Shown here one piece after another: positions 51,101 to 57,222 of a stretch of DNA of 64,000 nucleotides. Each line of letters starts with the position of its first letter. Positions within the stretch are counted from its first letter, which is position 1. The notes under the pieces are model-generated. The model was not told the DNA's origin and searched no databases. It saw only the letters and a list, made by a program, of their open reading frames with translations. A program made the translations under genes and the position numbers. This stretch comes from a virus (lineage: Duplodnaviria; Caudoviricetes), in the IMG/VR virus record IMGVR_UViG_3300031998_000056, positions 1 through 64,000 of that record. One strand, given 5' to 3'.

Positions 51101-51147
51101 TGAAGGAAGTAGTAGACCTGCTGGACGATGTGAAAGCAATGGAATAA
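33142..51147 (+). CDS. ~6000-aa large polyvalent protein (DarB-like): N6-adenine MTase, Strawberry-notch SF2 helicase, PBECR-like, LPD3-like, ART-like, zincin-like and LPD38-like domains
   Basis: LEPSAGNG/VTNPPFG (~40.2-40.5 kb); GDQTGIGKGR and DESH (41.5-42.0 kb); QIRGRIDRTGQ; YHGS..FD; HETVAHHG (46.63 kb). Likely start 33151. Confidence 0.88.
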   Translation: MIFMKNESREWLYKTLSGNGYNVGKDYAQFDSLMTNNADSRKWVYETMRSNGYNVGKDYNEFEGLVNPVQATEQPTGVVNRFKDKVSAIKDKAEQVANQPTVHVGGDGMTFTESQLDSIDNGAKPVYVGNQPVQQPKQAVQQTEPRRTLRTPQELKEELRQINPDVADKAEALERTERETRAFAPTHLVEDYNRTAEETNKELTEAFKRGAFRRPTLDDELEAAYRDKARLEEEISANAGPGGASKGWATKMSQASNGSPIDVNTADEDRRAALRQVENRIQTLEDEKNNAGFWRGLSGDLFKPQNWSFGIVDLADATRLRNAVGAGDKVTDTQKELLRNTLLANDAESRYGRNRNAWYRAGKMGALSIQMMPDFMLGMGGMKSAARTGINLATKAGVKALGEKAMQKGLIKYTTKALGLAGGSLAGGARMVNTIQLPRLGAEAMKNYNGNLVQDENGKYKFEDGEENFLDAVLKAEQTLIPEAASEVGGEFTPGVGRILGGLGMKKIAKGLSAVQGTKLYKNVSKALAKTGFNGAPSEAFEEYANDVYSMMLGDKSGIFGENGQGGWGEGQKHLDIWLGTGTLGALLHAPTIAGTGFGAAQYYRYKHKTNTADKNAKELLGAMTWDNIKKSIDNSTNDNISDVVTAIFKAGGLDREGKKAVIDYAGNLQKQRGFSLGLTAAKNEEGRGKEGATADVLDNSYGAGYEAEGREQKEGIKATFDAATQNLDAMGEDIASMVKDEENPPMAVLSYMMGHRDSYSDEQISAAADYYQAKMQLQGMEQAEADNAEIEGEQTPKPLYTTVEQSDGKFNVSSFDKNGNLLGQQSFDTEDEANAYRGEVKMQKEHQDLQDYIGRMGAQGANTIAQFEQENGWEPGTIQKLTEADPMQMSDEELQMADQARAFLQEQAYPPTEVHIGHSEEQGAEAADDADIDTDTPNAEVVASVVVPYVESRDKLSDLFKRNEELAEEVQLYEQMGKSEQEIVSMLDTFKPEDVQTVIDYYNAQARLDGFMNRSKEKIEERVRLERGRRTFKGVINGQPDVRDLVEITDGENTYTLVNGNIRTNEQGQVTGSDGVIIALDQNGNFVSLGGNSTLSVLPSETTLDNWEEAYRNQVQENATASIDPNGVLQETTDNGQPTTEEPIENGEQAGGEAGQTTTGANEPSAPPAPQENQPITIESVTGEDGVKRYEQGVDVDTAIKDMEADGLDVNEWSDLAINEAQEELNKMKAPKTRAEYVKNAQRKNELQATIDYYNNVKNRYTELHPVYADAAPFVERLNKATSKKNADDILNEALQAGVNPSEIQAAHTQKVSDIITKEEEARQRAEEITDTDKKNIAQYGGTPEGRASLLDKKRGSAEKRRKLAKEIYGEYFDDDFEAIRDLRELISSWLGKGRALDPDTFGQELGWDMGVGKDAAKVSTMFTKRRENGGDGMTFNDFVHMVWEASGGRFDTDEIRNELLDMFQGAQDKTDLTEYQLQSRIAEAEMRMQGELERAEQAAQEGETEQAPIGDGMLPFAPMEGEEAPVAPSEQLKPTDLRDNVKPESAKIGESKKELQEKIKGWLTDENVEWAEGKDLNEVIERFGNEPEPIAVMPEIVRKNIPSLDTDYLYCGKAYFIDHHANHHPELDIDEYDNIQEILDSYDDIKDLSDGGNLRIAFVKKLDKGYAVVAELSKENDKIVLHKTFFYRDAAGKRIPYKNKPSILEKWSVDGSTTISPVESQQPADTENISALDQSSEGKDTNESEEKQEKVEKSSSKQDYLTSHPLTEEQIMADAESTEDEKLAAVDYLKGEDDSAISQFYYDEIYRRATQTEEQKDKEVEDKSERTGKTFNLDDVEALKSAPSGVRGAIKDYAVSAYNSAYLKVPSFQFGIPEEQQENMTYEKFLDEFKEQAGVLARGCEKYLPAVYEYIESKLDKRGLNHQKYAQPIETENPTEAIEQAAKSFRQQQKAQDRADIDAALKEFNDFLDGAKGNTLLGKLMYKGLEGNDKAKLDLTVLNAAQRAFMKDLLRLASKVGYAYIKSGVHNVQAWSKQMSESIGKKLKEVLGWDEATIDDFIGEVWEQKYTVDGERMKLREHAEKLNKNKEADQTVNVNKQKNNGTENVVSLQQEAEAEPQPAEKGLQVDFDEIESLKKAPFSVRETIKDNAIWAYQDAVISNLGSIFGFTHEEREEKKYNSFVENFNRRAGDLLSKGCEPYLRDVYDYISKKIGEQLERRKAEKEAEVATESQQTGKLEGDSAEFAKEQKKKSELGVAIFSALRAAVFDGDVQLKTMQNVKALAKEYGLENLSSTDLQEMVEAEVVQLARRIAEHKKWTPEQKYENIVRLYQTQPSLNARDNDRINLQQYSTPAPMAYLMGRFVDPNDEAQSGLEPSAGNGMLTIGLPKDIMHVNDIDEMRLSNLAKQGFKEVTSQDGTLPFGDKKYDVIVTNPPFGSTEPKVYDLYSISGLEHQMAINALDAMKDDGRAAIIIGGNTEYTNTGVIKGKDRSFLNYLYSHYNVVDVINMDGKSLYSRQGTGFPVRMILINGRKEFEPNTFAPVQSKARAEQIKTYDELYKRVNDDILSDNNKPAGVHDTESGEGGRVDDTRHAGASAQTGVRNVRTEGGEGQPSVRAELRPSVQGGDNATERTDAAEQQEVDRGLPDVGGRSGANEPSGSAPAPANGEGGNVSERGNDTERPAAESGEPSGGGRSPRVDDTHRVLGAEKVPYRPQSNNPYSLQSQMPAEQADVVKKALEDLGDVDEFLVRELGYSSVEDLYHGSQSPEKHGGLAAEQIDSVAMAIHQMNQGNAFIIGDQTGIGKGRQAAALIRYGVKKGGFPVFITVKKALFSDMYRDLCDIGSPKLKPFIWSADDSEHSGNVTDKDGKVIYEMPSKSEQKRVVDYINKYGKLPKEYDYVLTTYDAFKSGTMDYENGQKKARKFAKGKTAGPVHINGQAKRDALERLAENSYVIMDESHNAGGEGSNISNYLQYITTRAKGITFLSATFAKRPGNMPIYSLKTAIAKAGVEVADLIDAVKRGGATFQEIMSKALTEAGQMIRRERDMTGVTIDWRGIEDEQVIEKQRQQYDEIIGLFNDIIDFQRTYVDPIIDKLNDDAADAQGAVDHTPGTRDMGINNTPFASRTYNMVQQVLLSLKAEEAAKRAIEHLKEERKAVITVANTNEGAADEVSAANGESMEMPDLSVNLKKGLRGTLRITRKDGYGDSKNSEIPFGSLSPEGQARYQEIMDAIDNASTGLSLSPIDVIKNELKKAGYKVGELTGRKAEFVYNEDGSVKRVNRKDTDKKKVAADFNNGKLDALILNKSAGTGISLHASTTFKDQHQRIMIVAQAQGDVNDEVQIRGRIDRTGQVQRGAYEYVVSQIPSEQRLLMMLKAKLRSLDANTTSSQKSKFNEMQVQDIINKYGDQIVIQYLAEHVDLAEKMQNPLKWDGDWQTNTPEQLVNTASKADTDGGTASKVLGRMALLKVKEQEQMLDDISSLYQAEIDRLNDMGENDLEITEMPLKAKTLSKQVWEQGIEPGGKNPFADNSYVEKVNMDVLRKPMKGSEVKAAQERLLGGKTWDEYKQSVLDKLDKWAEDKKSDTTETITARAEKKAEAEKEKYIKGAKKAQEKNGMTDAEIEKNGQLQYDTFYKQEMEKLNNALAAIEKQKDVFVDALETFTTDGVYALPSNIYDLGRMTFEPGFGKLIDMKIADNFSTSASTISFATLDGRRKITIPISGMVKQQNNEKRGIFPIINTLTAQTRHGMFGQNMSNTLKVLGQNLDNWDKLTSTAARKDGYIITGNLLKALVSTREQHVGGKLISYTADTGEVRQGILMPDNFEPAGLTSKTPISAKKDELRYSRDKVESADGDVSIRVTNDYDWREHAYNTLELTVPKSVKKGAKYFNDQTLLDLMQGQFEGSSRMKAEFKRENLDAVMKRLDELGVTVQEQNNNDTDRRFDEDIEDAYTAEEQSIIDEAKKNGTYMKAPNGKKSNLTPKQWVRVRTKAFKDWFGDWLKGAQAVTVVNTSLEHGFKNFADARQWAKKNIARVYTNEETGGKGEIRISGNAIEKFTSEDAVKKSDNKDVHMAVLKVLPSVIKEGVDADTHPDYIKIDGVRKPENGVNPGVTIHRVYGGVEIDGKIYRVKVTLKEDRTQEIKKRAYSYEATKIELMDGQSATPVGVPRNSNNSILLANLLKNIDKSYTNGEKIIDSSQIIDENGEPKVVYHGSRSNNISVFDNSKAEARHSGSTLSKHSDRTHFFTDSEDAADASYAKGITGTVYPVFLNIRNPKVVDNKGARWDGTGYVLQKKSRITNGWRRVYPKNGNLDYFTNGDHINKDGHTNYRDDSEYKYELVNVTEPTDVIVEKAILDEQQYDGVIIKNVVDASSNYDEPVIADDFVTFVSPNQIKSATENNGDYSNENPGIRFDQGVAEARQQSDSKQRIAQHIDSLVKKLGTKAKTTVYHSLSELPADARRHVEDAHKRGRKVRGWYENGRVYLFLPDIDSTYQAEKTIWHETVAHHGLRELIGAKNYNELLKRLWLEHKDGDMGEWVTKRMEQNGWSLAEAIDEYLAREAEKEPFKEPSLWKRLQWMLTEILHKMGFTSDPTITDIQYLFWVSQNQIRENDPMTKMKQAAFLFRLEREVPDTPYVNMMARKVEDIYNPEALDAYDDGRRHSEETDEEVIERLEKEPKVKAYRAMQLIDGKLYPPMAAKQGGKLVAPIELGKWERADEHPEMADENGKFKLDKGNGKTLKAAYNPYIHTSTTMLNDQFSEAQSRPNLVVVEVEVPESELTSGYKAEKAKDSVGKVDWKAGVIQGQLSGTREVILSRWDKPVRIVPVEEVAKHIADMVKDRVEVMPTNVVTPQQREEMEKLGVKFVETDNRGMLVDGENKGKSYSSVYGKKAERRYDEDIDDPMEESVKDMYNERTDTAQFVMTEAYQDSMLALKTAQNAIVKDGDIPDSQNAYQAENLMHGKSKNEQDLFNVNFRDPLVKTTNKILNKMGWTMRRMNQYLITKSGLERNRELFVRDWLEKERKRRVTKEENLNDAEHAIYERIVRAIEDDFEDGNITEEQKNARLASAVNDAHLEHIENVEIGWQAMKSRWNNPNYTFAEYMNDLTQYIQGTIDEDYDPSKNDYSGLTEIYGGQFDDVEATNDVMNDETAMEADAEMLWRQINEANKYGLERYREAGMRSDEEIDRIERMFHWYVPLRGFDKETAEDVYQYFTSKQKANSYVGGLIKRAKGRKSQAKSPMATMFAMAYKAIGDCNQNLVNQHLYRLCQAHPNDLVIISDAWARLNQTTGMWEESYPTIPDNATDEEIRQITLAWEQENKRLELQGEARRINGKGKFDYKFADKKSRDEHIVEVMINGKKKLMTVVGNPRMAQALNGQTRFSNAKNFLSSWNSRIKHMMSSAYTSYNPTFAMRNLMRDWTHFRMMLGVREGQGYARAANKYYRETFPRPIHTRGKEGMKTLFKKYRDGTLDMNKEVEKDFKDFMDNGGITGFVQMQKLEDIEKHMNNLNKQLKAGKTIKLNNKIWDMTLGVVEAYNEAIENNARFATYRASRHYAGRTKARSAYDAKEVTVNFNRKGAGAKTAGFKSKRDRVTHAAQVAGVTSQVLGEGRIFNNATIQAIATTFKNFQNPDGSINKGYVARWAKGYAIPPFVLGFVMPYINGALFAMLGGSGDDDPYANLPDWVRRKNLCFYLGFDSFLTTPVAQELAAFLTLGDIAAGVTYAPELKPIDRGWEEELADVLNTFSPVDIDKKITNGGLFSKDWMLEIMGKTFSVLTPAISVAENRSWTGRPIFREDRYENDIYTPEYQMVYRDTNPILVEASKWLNDISGGDEDKRGWIQVNPAIVQYLFEQFTGGPGKTLSNFISIGRDIKDLLKEGSAGDFNARKVEGLKAFVQQGDDRTQYYRTLAKYRKYGEDAKELKDEVSRKMKRAEDGDVDALLKLQEIDKSVEAERMRIYYDYEKDLRKLYSMMLSTEDKALKKELQKDYNEAVKEVVDLLDDVKAME

Positions 51148-51264
51148 CACCTCCTACCAAAAGAACCACCCCACCATCTCGGCGGGGTGATTTCTTGTCA
51201 ATAACTAAATAACCTAAAACTATGAAATTGTTATAACCGTAAAATGTATCAGCTTGAAGAATTA

Positions 51265-52941
51265 TCACACCTCGCTGCCAGCGGTAAAGCTGCCCGTGCC
51301 AGAGTTTCCGATAAATGTATCTCCAACCAAGTCATACAGGCCAATGGCAGAGTCGGAGTCTCTCTTGGCTGGTATCAAATCCATCTCTTTCGTGTCGTCA
51401 TCCCATATCTCGCATCTGAAAATCTTGCCTTTTATCTTTTGATAGCTTGTGTCTGCCACGCCTCCGTTGTTTCTTGTACACAAAAAGATTGGGTATAGTG
51501 CAGTCCAAGTAGACGAAGGTAATGTGGTTACAACACTTCCGTTTATTGACACGACATTCTTGTTGAAATACACCTCATATTCTGTATCAGCGGCATTATG
51601 TCCAGAAACAATCGCAAGCGTGCCGTTGCCGTCACCGAATCCGACCTTTTCTGTCGTACCTGCCACTCTTACCAATCCGCTTTTCGCATCATTTGCATTT
51701 CCAGCAGACGTGCAACCGAAAACAAAATATTGTTTTGAAATGTCCGTCAGAGAATATTTTACACGTATCTTCGTGTCTTGGTCGGGCGTGAAGCCTGTGT
51801 TGATATATTGACTGCCAGTCGCCTCTATGTATGATAGTTCTGTATATCCTGCTGGCAATCGTCTTGAGTCTTCTTCATAGATGAGGTTACTGCCGACATA
51901 GACCTTCTTCACTTTCTGGGCAACACCGCTACCGTCTGTGATGTATCTGGAAACCATTGCGGAATCCATGTCAATATCGTATTCAATAGGAGTAGCAAGC
52001 TCATATATCAGTTTTGTTCCTGTATTCGCTGTTGTAAATGCAGGGGCTGTCGAATAGTCACTATCTTTACAATATATGTATGTATTATTTGCCAGCGCAA
52101 TGCTTTTTTCTTCAAGAGAAGCATAAGCCACTACTATATATTTTGAGCATTTGGCATCTAAAGCGTTAGTGGCAGAGTATTGTACTGCATCTGATGGAAG
52201 AGATGCGTAGAAAGACGCAGTTAATTTCGTCCAACTTAATGAGCCGAAATCTACTACGCCAAGTCTTTTTATGGCTTTTCCTAATGAAAAATCTATCTCG
52301 TCTCTTACGTCCCCCCTACACAACATTCCATCTGGGAAAATTGTTTCTTTTGTACTTGAACCGCTTTCTGTGCCTTTGATAGTTGTAACATTAAGCAATA
52401 TCTCTGAAATTATAGCATTACTGCTGCTTCTTGTCTTTATACCTGTCATCTTGCAAAACTTCGCGCTTCCAGCATCGTAAGGCAAATACGACAGGTTTTC
52501 ACCGAACCATTTGTAGTAGTCTGCTTCAAATGCTTCAACCGTTGAAGGCTCAGCACCCTTCCCGTAGATAAGAGTAAGGTCAATGCAGTTTCTTTCCGTG
52601 CTGTCCTGCGTGAATGTAATAGTCGAAGATATGGACTTTGCTATTGTGCTGCCATTTTTTTCTCTGATGAAGTATTTATGATTAGTCAAAGCTGTTGGCT
52701 CTGTACTATCATAAAGCTGATTCATCATTACGACATTCCCTTTTACATCAGTTATGATGGCAGTTCCTTCGCCGCTAATAGAGCCTCCTCCTGTGTTCCT
52801 TTTGGTAAACTCTTGGCCTGTCTGTGCTGTACCATTGTAACTAATAGACAGAACGGGTGCGACACCCCCTGTAGATGATGTTACCTCTTCTGTCCCACCA
52901 CCATCATATTGATACTTGTGTTTTATCGGATACTTTATCAT
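51265..52941 (-). CDS. tail fibre-like protein with C-terminal lectin-like domain
   Basis: RLPAGYTELSYIEATGSQYINTG...IPAKRDSD..IGLYDLV C-terminal module common in phage tail proteins. Confidence 0.65.
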   Translation of the reverse strand: MIKYPIKHKYQYDGGGTEEVTSSTGGVAPVLSISYNGTAQTGQEFTKRNTGGGSISGEGTAIITDVKGNVVMMNQLYDSTEPTALTNHKYFIREKNGSTIAKSISSTITFTQDSTERNCIDLTLIYGKGAEPSTVEAFEADYYKWFGENLSYLPYDAGSAKFCKMTGIKTRSSSNAIISEILLNVTTIKGTESGSSTKETIFPDGMLCRGDVRDEIDFSLGKAIKRLGVVDFGSLSWTKLTASFYASLPSDAVQYSATNALDAKCSKYIVVAYASLEEKSIALANNTYIYCKDSDYSTAPAFTTANTGTKLIYELATPIEYDIDMDSAMVSRYITDGSGVAQKVKKVYVGSNLIYEEDSRRLPAGYTELSYIEATGSQYINTGFTPDQDTKIRVKYSLTDISKQYFVFGCTSAGNANDAKSGLVRVAGTTEKVGFGDGNGTLAIVSGHNAADTEYEVYFNKNVVSINGSVVTTLPSSTWTALYPIFLCTRNNGGVADTSYQKIKGKIFRCEIWDDDTKEMDLIPAKRDSDSAIGLYDLVGDTFIGNSGTGSFTAGSEV

Positions 52942-55772
52942 GGCTCAATGATGTTATATTCAGTGTTAATATCTTTAGTAGTCAGTGCATCGTACTCTTG
53001 TTGTGTAAGTACGACCACCGTTCTTACATCTGTAGATGCTATCATTCCGTTCCACGTTGCCTTTTCAGTGTCAGTGACAAGTCTGTGTGTGGAGTCATCC
53101 GAAAGTTCAGACAGGGCTGTAGGAACATTTGACGGGCTTACTGATTCCCATGTCACCGTACCATTGTTTGCAATGGCTGTGGCATATACAGGGCTGTTCA
53201 GTGTTGTATCAAAATACTCAAATCCTATGTCGTTGGTAGGATCAAGGACACCTCCCGTTGCACCCTTTCCCTTCGGTCTGTCAGTTGTCGAACCCTTGGT
53301 CGGTGCTTGGGCTGTGAAGCCGTTGTCGTCTACCCACTTGCTGCCGTTCCAACTGATAGTCTTATTCAAGTCGGTTGCAAAGTAGGTGTAGTCTGTAGTG
53401 ATTCCCGTCAAGACAGGTGCATCTGCAAACGCCCCTCTCCCAGAGTGAGGATACATGTCGATGAAGTTGCATATCTTAGTATCGTTTTCACCGTCCACAA
53501 CATGCACATATTCTACATCGTAGTAGGAACCATCTGTCGGGTTAAGATTTTCAGAACCTGCTTGTGGAATAATCAAAACACAACCTCTTACTCCAGTTGT
53601 TTCAAAAGGCACACTTCCCTCAAGGACGAGAGCCGTTCCCTTAAATTCACTCGGACAAACCTGATAGCCATATGTACCTCTTGAAGCAAGGTAATAAAGA
53701 CCGTCTAAGTTGGAAGAGACATCTGCGTCATCCTTGAAGTTTATGCACAGATTCAACCCTGCCGATTTCTTGATTCTGTATCTGATAGAATACCTTCCAG
53801 GTTTCGGAACATGATAGGGTATTGCCAATCCGAAGAAGTTGGTTGTCGTTTTAGCCATTCTCACACAATAGCCACCCCTGTTATTTGATGTTTCCAAGCG
53901 AGTCATCTCACCTGCCTTGGTATAGCCAGCATAATAGGAGGTGTTCTGCATCGGAATACAGGGGTTGCAATAGCTTGTAATGTTTCCATTCAGCGTATAG
54001 GAAGGAACAGCCTCTATTTTTTCAATATTCGCGCTGTTTGCTATGTCACACGCAGCCAATCCATACGATCTGTCATCGCAGAACCTTACATTGTTGGTGG
54101 ATAATTTTGCAGTCGAACCCATAATAATAGACACTGCATTACTCTTCTGTCCGTTCACAGAATTTGATACGGTACAATCCGCCAATTCCAAATGACCAGA
54201 TATGACATTAACCGTACACCTTCTTGTGGTCTTGTCATCTGAACCATACGCTTGGGTGTAAGAGCCGCCGATTGCAGACGATGGGCTTGCAATCCTCAGT
54301 TTTGCATTGTTGAGAGTGACGGCTTCCTTTCCTTCGTCTGCGAAATAAACGTTAAGGAAATCCATATAACTCTTTGCGTCCGCAGATGCGTCACAATAGA
54401 CCTTATACTCATCTCCTTCAAGGAATCCCCCTCGCATGACTATTGATGAGAAATAGTCCGTCAGATAAACTCCGTAGGAACAGCCGTTAATCTTTGTGTT
54501 GATGATGTCAAGCGCACCTCTCCAGCCCGTTCCAGCAAGTTTAAATCCATAGTTGGCGTAATAGATATAACAATCACGAATATGATTGTAACATGCGCCG
54601 TTGCAATACTCTATGGCGATATTGAAGTAATAGATGTTGAGGTTTATAAGGGAAATACCTTGCGCACGGCCATTCAAAGATATGGCTGTTTGTGTCTTTG
54701 AGCCAGATATGCCTTTGAGAACCACGCCGTCCAAAGTAATCTCAGATTCCGAAAGATTCAGTAATGCGCCAGATGACACGTTATAATCGGCACTACACTT
54801 CAAACCGTAATATCCATTACCCTTGATAGTCTTTTTCCTTTGGGAACTTCCGATATTTACGTTGATACTTTTTGAGATGATTATCTCATTCTGAATGCCC
54901 TCCATTGAAAGGGTGTTATCCTTGATGAAAGATACGGCCCTTTGGAAATTGTCCGAATCATCTGTTGTTCCGTCAGCAACCACGCCAAACCATTGCACCT
55001 GTATGACGGGAACATTCCAAGAACCGCTGAGAGTCACATCCTCGCCGAATATCTTTGTCAAAGGTGCGTCTATCTTCGTGTTCTGACCTGTGATCGTGCC
55101 ATTATCAAAGCTACCTCCGTCAAACTCTAATACACAGCCTGTAGGGATGGTGATTGTCTCGCCATCCAAGTCATAATCATACTGGACTACAAAGACGGTA
55201 TTGGTGTTTGGCACTCTTGAGCCTTCTTCGTCCTTGTATAGCATGTCTTGGGCGAGAATGTTCACGTTGCTTACCAAGTTCTTTCGCAGATACACACGAC
55301 CAAGACCGCTATATACTGAAGGGACATAAGATTTGTCTTTGAGTTTAAGAACATCAGTACCACCGATATTTACAGATGTAAGGTCTTCCTCGTCTGGTGC
55401 GTTGTTAACATCTCCGAATATCTGTATTGGCTGGTATTGGCTAACAATCGCATTGACATCGCTCTCGATCTGCTCTTTAAAATCTTCAAACACTGACATG
55501 ACATCGTCTATTGCATGTTCAGCGATTTTATCTCTGGTTACTGCTTGATCAGCGATTTTTTCAGTCGTAACAGCACCGTCCGCAACCATCCTTTCTGTTA
55601 CCATGAATGTCGGGTCGAGCTTGTCGAGTGTAATTGTCGCGTCTGCGATTTTTGTATCGGTAACTGCGCCATCTGATATTTTGTCGGTCGTAACAGCGCC
55701 TTTGAGTATGTCATCGCTTTCTACAAGAGGCACCTTGTGCCCAAGATGTAGGTCGTCTCTAAATGTAGGCAT
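52938..55772 (-). CDS. tailspike / receptor-binding protein with pectate-lyase-like beta-helix
   Basis: AVTxxKIA repeats, APDEEDL module, YDLDGETITIPTGCVLEFDGG, VQWFGVVADGTTDDS; likely start MPTFRD. Confidence 0.75.
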   Translation of the reverse strand: MPTFRDDLHLGHKVPLVESDDILKGAVTTDKISDGAVTDTKIADATITLDKLDPTFMVTERMVADGAVTTEKIADQAVTRDKIAEHAIDDVMSVFEDFKEQIESDVNAIVSQYQPIQIFGDVNNAPDEEDLTSVNIGGTDVLKLKDKSYVPSVYSGLGRVYLRKNLVSNVNILAQDMLYKDEEGSRVPNTNTVFVVQYDYDLDGETITIPTGCVLEFDGGSFDNGTITGQNTKIDAPLTKIFGEDVTLSGSWNVPVIQVQWFGVVADGTTDDSDNFQRAVSFIKDNTLSMEGIQNEIIISKSINVNIGSSQRKKTIKGNGYYGLKCSADYNVSSGALLNLSESEITLDGVVLKGISGSKTQTAISLNGRAQGISLINLNIYYFNIAIEYCNGACYNHIRDCYIYYANYGFKLAGTGWRGALDIINTKINGCSYGVYLTDYFSSIVMRGGFLEGDEYKVYCDASADAKSYMDFLNVYFADEGKEAVTLNNAKLRIASPSSAIGGSYTQAYGSDDKTTRRCTVNVISGHLELADCTVSNSVNGQKSNAVSIIMGSTAKLSTNNVRFCDDRSYGLAACDIANSANIEKIEAVPSYTLNGNITSYCNPCIPMQNTSYYAGYTKAGEMTRLETSNNRGGYCVRMAKTTTNFFGLAIPYHVPKPGRYSIRYRIKKSAGLNLCINFKDDADVSSNLDGLYYLASRGTYGYQVCPSEFKGTALVLEGSVPFETTGVRGCVLIIPQAGSENLNPTDGSYYDVEYVHVVDGENDTKICNFIDMYPHSGRGAFADAPVLTGITTDYTYFATDLNKTISWNGSKWVDDNGFTAQAPTKGSTTDRPKGKGATGGVLDPTNDIGFEYFDTTLNSPVYATAIANNGTVTWESVSPSNVPTALSELSDDSTHRLVTDTEKATWNGMIASTDVRTVVVLTQQEYDALTTKDINTEYNIIEP

Positions 55773-55809
55773 ATATTTAACTTTGTGATTGAGGTTTGTG
55801 ATTTGAGGT

Positions 55810-56124
55810 TTATGCTGACTCGGTAATACAATACAGGGTGTTGGCATCTTTGTCAGTCAATTGTTCGTAGTCAGATTCTGATATGACAACGATAGTAGTG
55901 ACATCTTCCGATGTTATCATCCCTGTTGTTTCAGTACCGACATAAGACTTGTCGGCGAGCTTGTTTGAGGAAGAAGCCTCTTCCGGGATTTTTCCTTCGA
56001 TGGCAGAAACATCGTCTTGAAGTTCTTTTATCTCTCCATCTACGGGGTTCTCTGTAGTCTTTTTATGGTCTACCACGCTGACGGGGTAGATGAGTTGTCC
56101 GTTATGGTATCCTGATTGGCTCAT
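55810..56124 (-). CDS. tail-associated small protein
   Basis: C-terminal VVISESDYEQLTDKDANTLYCI motif shared with the tailspike C-terminus. Confidence 0.7.
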   Translation of the reverse strand: MSQSGYHNGQLIYPVSVVDHKKTTENPVDGEIKELQDDVSAIEGKIPEEASSSNKLADKSYVGTETTGMITSEDVTTIVVISESDYEQLTDKDANTLYCITESA

Positions 56125-56160
56125 TGTTTACTTTGAACTTTTAACTTTGAACTTGAAACT

Positions 56161-56493
56161 TTATATACTCGATTTCTGTATAGAGGATGGGATGGAGGTG
56201 GTGCAGATTCTGACGAAGCGGCCTGTGTCGTATACTCCGTTTGTCTTTTCGCCTCCATCAACGTATGTGCCGTGATAGACACGTATTCTAAAGTCCGGGC
56301 CAGCCCACTTGGTTATTAGTGCCTTGGGGTAGGCTCCGTATTCTGTTTCGCTTTTCTTGATGACCACTCTTCCCTTGTCGGGTAGTGTGATTTCCAGCCA
56401 GCAATCGCCTGTAAGCTCAAGTGTGTCGCTTACCCATGCGTTGGCTTCGTTGCTCCACGCGCCTCGGATGTCAGTTATTTCTCCGTTTCTCAT
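56161..56493 (-). CDS. hypothetical virion protein
   Basis: 110-aa ORF in structural operon. Confidence 0.7.
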   Translation of the reverse strand: MRNGEITDIRGAWSNEANAWVSDTLELTGDCWLEITLPDKGRVVIKKSETEYGAYPKALITKWAGPDFRIRVYHGTYVDGGEKTNGVYDTGRFVRICTTSIPSSIQKSSI

Positions 56494-57218
56494 TTTCCTA
56501 AGTTTTGTTTGGCTATGTCGAGCATACGTTCTGCGCGTGGGTCGCCGTATGCTGAACAGAGCAGGTAGGCAAGGTAATAGATAAAAGATGTTCTTACGCG
56601 AGGGGGTAGGGCGTAGGCAACTACGGTTTCAGCTTGCGCACCCGTGCCATTGATTCCCTTTGGCTCTACGGAAGCGACATAAGTATAATTGACATGCTGT
56701 GTACTCGTCCAAGGCCATACTTCTATTTGTCGTACACTCTTTTCGATGAGTGCTGCCTGTGGCCTGTCGGCTGTGGCTGTTGCCCCGTTCTCGTCATAGA
56801 GTTGCAAGTATTCGTCCGAATCTTCAGTAATAGGAACTCTGACAGCCCTGTGCCATCCATCGACCCTTACTCTTGCAAGTTTTATGAAGTTTCCGTCTAC
56901 GTTAAATCGGCCTGCTGTTTGGCCAGTAATTGTGGCAATCTTTGCAGTCTGACCCTCTTGGTTATAGAGGTCAACATCGACCATAATACCTGTATCAACA
57001 GGAGCTGTTGTGCCTCCAGATGTCTCTTCTTCGTCACTCCCTCCTAACAGGTCGGCAGGAGCATACAGGCACACCCATCTGAGTGCGTCTTTGATTTTGT
57101 CCTTGATGATGTTATCCATCAAAGGAACATCGTCTGAAGCGCTGTTAAAAGAGGTACTGTTGGTAGCCTCTTCGTCGATGCACCAACGTACCCCCTTTAT
57201 GATGTCTGCAATCTCCAT
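56490..57218 (-). CDS. probable head-tail adaptor protein
   Basis: 242 aa, downstream of capsid; helical termini (IIKGVRWCIDE...FIYYLAYLL). Confidence 0.55.
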   Translation of the reverse strand: MEIADIIKGVRWCIDEEATNSTSFNSASDDVPLMDNIIKDKIKDALRWVCLYAPADLLGGSDEEETSGGTTAPVDTGIMVDVDLYNQEGQTAKIATITGQTAGRFNVDGNFIKLARVRVDGWHRAVRVPITEDSDEYLQLYDENGATATADRPQAALIEKSVRQIEVWPWTSTQHVNYTYVASVEPKGINGTGAQAETVVAYALPPRVRTSFIYYLAYLLCSAYGDPRAERMLDIAKQNLGK

Positions 57219-57222
57219 AAGA

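Noticed and set aside
33130-51268. Numerous minus-strand ORFs inside the giant gene, and similar shadow ORFs elsewhere (e.g. 12294-12875, 57899-58630)
   Set aside because: Antisense shadows of well-supported genes with no protein-like motifs
51265-55772. Diversity-generating retroelement targeting tail genes
   Set aside because: No reverse transcriptase and no TR/VR pair differing at adenines within the window
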